Positions 58,952-64,000 of a stretch of 64,000 bases of DNA are shown here, in pieces. The notes beneath the pieces are model-generated. The model saw only the letters and a program-made list of their open reading frames with translations, searched no databases and had not been told where the DNA came from. Origin of the DNA: Anolis carolinensis (Eukaryota); contig NC_085845.1 of assembly GCF_035594765.1 (NCBI RefSeq), positions 188,806,897 to 188,870,896 of the forward strand, given 5' to 3'. Numbering within the stretch: the first letter of the stretch is position 1; every line of letters begins with the position of its first letter. A program made the translations under genes and the position numbers.

Positions 58952-61239
58952 ATAATCCTCTTACTAAACATGTTGCCTTGGGACGAATCAACTAAGAAGG
59001 AAATGGCTAAGCACTCCAATCTCTCTGATACAATCAGGTCAGACCATATCCATTCATAACATTTTCCATTCACGAACCTTCAGAAATCCACTTTGCTCCC
59101 TCTCACCTATTCATAAACTCTAGAAGTCAATTCATAATTTTATGTTTAATATTTCTTTCATGATCTGGCAATCTTGGCAGATGGTCACCCCAGGGATGTC
59201 AAGCAGGCTCCACCCCCTTTTCTTTCCAAAGTGTAACCTGGAATGATTGTTTAGCTGCACTTGGATGTGTATATTCAATTTGTCTAATCTTATCACAATA
59301 GCACCAGGGGTAGAAGGTAGAAGCACTTAAGGTACACAAACAAAACACTCCCATAGATGAGGTCCATATTAACTCGATTAACTGAAACTCACTCCCATTG
59401 AGAAATTCCCATTTCATTGACATTGTCAGTTTCCTTCTGGCATTGAGGTTTTTTTCTGTCTTTCTACTAATATTATTTGCTGATGAGAGTCAGTGCACAA
59501 TTTTCTGGAAAGGTTTCACCCATTGTACTGTTTATCACTCATAATTTCTCACTGTGTTTATCAGACCCCCTTCCTTTGTGTGTGAATCTGAATTGTCAAT
59601 CAAAAACAACTCATTTACATGTTGCCACACTTCATTCCTGGGATTTGCACCCCTCTTGGGAGGCGGAACAATGAATGAACAAAAACATCAAACGAATAAC
59701 AGCGGTTTATTTTTCCTGCCACAGGGCAACACCAATCCGTAATGACATCAGAGGCAACCCCCAGCCAACGGGAGCCCAGACCCTAGATGTGTCATTTTTC
59801 AGCCAGTCAGAAGCTTGTATGGATATTCCAAATGGCTGTCGACAATAAATAAATATTCTCTGTATTTTCCAGTGAGGCATGTCAGAACTTTAGAAGCACA
59901 GACTCTATTCTGACATCCTTTCAGGCTTGAAAGAATAAACGTCTGTTCTTTTTGCCTTCAACCCAGTTCATGTCCTGATTTGACCATTGGACACGAGATT
60001 CTGACTCTGCATTTTATATGGTTTTTGATCTGTTAGATGATTTAAATGTGTTTTAATTGCTTATATATTTAGATTGTTTATATTTTGATGAGATGTGTTT
60101 TATTATTTACCTGTGTGGCATTGAATTTTTGCCGAATCTGTAAACTGCCTTGAGTCCCCTCAGGGATTGAGAAAGGTGGGGTAAAAATGAAGTAAGTAAA
60201 TAAATAAATAAATTGGTGTAGCATACAGAGGTGAGCTAGTCCCAAGTTCTTAGCGGATATTAAAATCACTCAAAAGAATGAACTCAAGTGTAATTGGATC
60301 ATTTTTTCAAAGGTAGGCAGCCTGTTCTGCCCTGCGTCCACTTTCCATAGTCATTTGGAGTCAGCCAACTATTTATTCAGCGATGAGGAAGATTATCACA
60401 AATTAATGCTCTTTGAATGGCCACTCTGATGTTTATCATGTTTACTTTGCCTAGCAATTTCACATTCTGTACTTTTTGCATTCCACGGCAATTTGGTGCA
60501 TTTTCACCCTTCTAGTATGTATGGATATTTGCCAGCTGAAGCAGAGTAGCAGGCAACATTTCACACAAGGGTTTTCATCTGTGATAGTACAATAGATCTG
60601 TTAGGGCTCATCTATACTTAACACAAAACAATATGTCCTATACCATTTATAGATGCTGTGACTGAAACACGGGGGAGTTAAGTAACAGTGATAAAAATAC
60701 ACAAGAAAAGCATATTACTAGTTCATTAAAATCCCCTTTCCAGTGTTTGCTGAAACTCTGCCTGAATAACAGGTCTTTGTTTCCTAGTGAAAGAATAATA
60801 AGAACTGGACCAATATTTATTGGGAAAGTGTTCTGCAGCTTGGGTTTAGCCACTAAGAGCCTTCCTTGGTAAAAATATGAGCTAACTGGGGAATGTAGAC
60901 AGGCCTGGAGAGATTAAAACAGCTATTTGGTGACTGGTGGGATGCTAAAAGCTAACTAGGAAGGAAATGCTTTTTTTTGGTAAAGGGATGTAGACAAAAT
61001 CATTATCATGGGAAAAGGAGGGATGTTATCATTAATAATATAAATAATATTTCAAAATAGTAGTACTGAAGTGTGTTTGAATTACAGTACAACTGAATTT
61101 AGATAGACTTTTACATATCAAGCTGTATCTCAGCAGAAATTTCAAGGAACAAGATAAAATTATCATAATTTTGCAGTTGAACATCAATAACAGAAGAGGT
61201 TTTAGAACAAATAAACAGTCAATCTGTGCACACTGAGAA

Positions 61240-61400
61240 AGGCATGCTATACATGTTTCTCTCCATCAAGCAATACTAATCTTTCTTTTTTTTGATAGCT
61301 TGGTAAATTGAGGGAGTGCTATTGATGTAGTATATCTTCATTTTAGCAAGGCTTTTTAACAAGATTGCTCATGATAATCTTTCAGGTAAGCTGGAATACT
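61240..61400 (+). mobile_element. Decayed CR1 reverse-transcriptase fragment
   Basis: AIDVVYLHFSKAF...HD motif. Confidence 0.5.
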
Positions 61401-62007
61401 CTTGTTCAGTTCTGGTTAGCACAGTTCAAGGACACCAACTAGCTGGAATATGTATAAAGCAACATTTCTCTCTCTCTAAAATCTCAAATTACACTGGTTA
61501 ACTGTATTATTATGACAGGGAAAACACAATTATTTCTGTATTGCTGAGTTGATGGTAAGAGCTTTAAAATATATATTTTTGGACGTTAACATCAGTTGGA
61601 TCTACATTGCCATATACTGTAATGCAGTTTCAGAATGCAGATTAACTGCGTTCAATTGAATTATATGGTAGTGTAGACTCATATAATCCAGATTCAAAGC
61701 AGTTAACCAATATTCTGAAACTGCATTATATAACAGTGTAGATCCAGCCTCAGAAACCCTTAAATTCTGGACAGTGACAATTATATATAGAGCCTGCTTA
61801 TCAGTAATGATGTAACAGTTTTGAAAGTGTGGCAAAGAATGCAAAAGTTGGTCTTCATGCACATCACGACAGATTATGTGACTTGTTTATCTCTTTGTCC
61901 AACATCACAATGCTTAAAATGATGTTAAATCTGGTTAGCAAATGCATTGCTGGAATCCTTTAAATTGGAGCCAGGACAATGACAGTGGCACAAAACTTAT
62001 AATACTA

Positions 62008-64000
62008 CTAGCTGTGCCCGGCCACGCGTTGCTGTGGCGAAGTCTGGTGGTCTGGGAAATAAAGTATTGAGGAATTGGTGGTAGTTAAGGTCAAGGGTAA
62101 AGGTTTTCCCCAGACATTAAGTCCAGTCGTGTCTGACTCTGGGGGTTGGTGCTCATCTCCATTTCTAAGCCGAAGAGCCGGCGTTGTCCGTAGACTCCTC
62201 CAAGGTCATGTAGGATGACTGCATGGAGCGGTGTTACCTTCCCGCTGGAGCAGTACCTATTGATGCACTCACATTTGCATGTTTTCGAACTTCTGGGTTG
62301 GCAGAAGCTGGGGCTAACAGTGGGGGCTCTCTCCGCTCCCCCAATTCAAACCTGTGGCCTTTCAGTCCAGAAGTTCAGCAGCTCAGCGCTTTAACACGCT
62401 GCGCCATCAGGGGATATTATTTCCTAAAGGTTGTGAATATACAATATTTCTGATTGGTTTTTTTTTTGTTGGAGGCAAGTATGAATGCTACAATTAGGAA
62501 AAATGATTAGGATGTAATGGCCTTGCAGCTTTAAAGCCTGGCTGTTTCCTCCCTGAGTGAATTTTTTGTTGGGAGGTGTTAGCTGGCCCTGATTGTTTCC
62601 TGTCTGGAATTCCCTTGTTTTCAGAGTGGTGTTGTTTGCAATATTTTATGTGCTTCTACTGTCTGTGGCCCTGAGAAAACAGGATTTGCCAGACTTTGAT
62701 GATGGGAATACTTTGTTGGGACATGTTAGCTGGCCCCGATTGTTTCCTGTGTGGAATTCCCCTGTTTATTTACTGTCCTGGTTTTAGAGATTATATTGTT
62801 CTGCATTATTCTATCCCAGTAATTATTTCATATTAAAGAAGAATCGCACTTATCCAACATTCGCTTATACAATGTTCTGGATTATCCAACGCAGTCTGCC
62901 TTTTCATAATCAATGTTTTTGTAGTCAGTGTTTTAAATTCATTGTGATATTTTAGTGGTAAATTTGTAAATACAGTACAGTAGAGTCTCACTTATCCAAC
63001 ATAAACGGGCCGGCAGAACGTTGGATAAGCGAATATGTTGGATAATGAGGAATTAAGGATAACCCTATTAAACATCAAATTAAGTTATGATTTTACAAAT
63101 TAAGCACGAAAACATCATGTTAGACAACAAATTTGTCAGAAAAAGTAGTTCAGTACACAGTAATGCTATATAGTAATTACTGTATTTATGAATTTAGCAC
63201 CAAAATATCACGATATATTGAAAGTATTGACTACAAAAATGCGTTGGATAATCCAGAACGTTGGATAAGCGAGTGTTGGATAAGTGAGACTCTACTGTAA
63301 ATACTACATAGCATTACTGCGCATGGAACTACTTTTTCTGTCAAATTTGTTGTATAATATGATGTTTTGGTGCTTAATTTGTATAACGATTACCTAATTT
63401 GATGTTTAATTGGCTTTTCCTGAATCCCTTCTTATTATCCAACATATTCACTTATCCTGCCGGCCTGTTTACGTTGGATAAGTGAGACTCTACTGTATAT
63501 TGATAATCTTATATTATCTGCTCAGAACTGGATTATCTGAGGCCCCTTCTTCACAGCTGTATAAAATGCACACTGAAGTGGATTATATGGCAGTGTGGAG
63601 TCAAGATAATCCAGTGCAAAGCAGATAATATAAGATTATAAATGGGTTATATAGCTGTGTGGAAGGGCCTTGAGTCTACACTGCCATATAATCCAGTGCA
63701 AATTAGATAATCCGTGGAAGAAGTCTAAGTGAGGCCTAAATCTGCCTGTCCCCTAACTGAAACCTGGCTGTCCCTTGGTTGCTAGGCAACCAAGTGGGCA
63801 GAGATTAGCCCTCTAAACTGGCAGCAATTGGATAAAAAAATTATTCCTCTCCCTCTAATTAGGACTTTATTTTTCTTTTCTTTTTGTTGTATCAACCTTG
63901 AGGCGTGGATGATGGGTTGTGTTGTCAAATTTTGAGGTTGGGGGGCCTGTACTTTTGTTGTTTTGTGAATTGCCGTGATGCCATCACTCTTTTATATATA
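62008..64000 (-). mobile_element. Non-autonomous Helitron carrying transposon fragments (5' end just outside the window)
   Basis: Minus-strand 3' end is hairpin GCCACAGCAACGCGTGGC, 9 nt, then CTAG|T; the window ends in TTTTATATATA, the complement of a TC(TA)nAAAA Helitron start. Confidence 0.75.
62978..63297. mobile_element. Tigger-like MITE nested in opposite orientation in an older copy (about 62837-63495)
   Basis: Host text AATACAGTA|...|TAAATACTACATAGC is split at a duplicated TA. Confidence 0.85.

Noticed and set aside
58358-59073. Overlapping 127-187 aa ORFs and a CpG-island-like promoter
   Set aside because: Explained by the palindromic array inside a TSD-bounded hAT element; the same peptides appear on both strands.
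55900-61990. Exons of a further gene (another AKR1B or BPGM)
   Set aside because: No recognisable exon or peptide found by eye on either strand; small exons could have been missed.

Overview
Vertebrate genomic DNA, AT-rich and repeat-dense. The repeat content (Sauria-type SINEs, Dong/R4, Penelope, RTE, SPIN-like hAT and Helitron elements) points to a squamate, probably an anole lizard; this is an inference. Three multi-exon genes were rebuilt by hand from GT-AG sites. (1) The 3' eight coding exons of USP18 (+, 729-7799; the 5' exons with the catalytic Cys lie left of the window). (2) A complete 439-aa perilipin (PLIN2/PLIN3-like; -, CDS 13349-20720, putative TATA promoter at about 23.5 kb) at a locus that matches no mammalian PLIN locus I recall. 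(3) A complete 316-aa AKR1B10-like aldo-keto reductase (-, 35115-51520, 10 exons). The rest is transposon-derived or unassigned non-coding DNA. The most interesting signals are: the unplaced perilipin paralog; a Penelope insertion whose internal junction falls exactly on the predicted hammerhead-ribozyme cleavage site; a hAT element filled with a 60-bp fold-back palindrome array; a pair of paralogous CTCF-like segments bracketing the AKR gene; and a Helitron loaded with other transposons. Most ORFs in the supplied track are spurious. No database searches were possible, so family names rest on recognised motifs.
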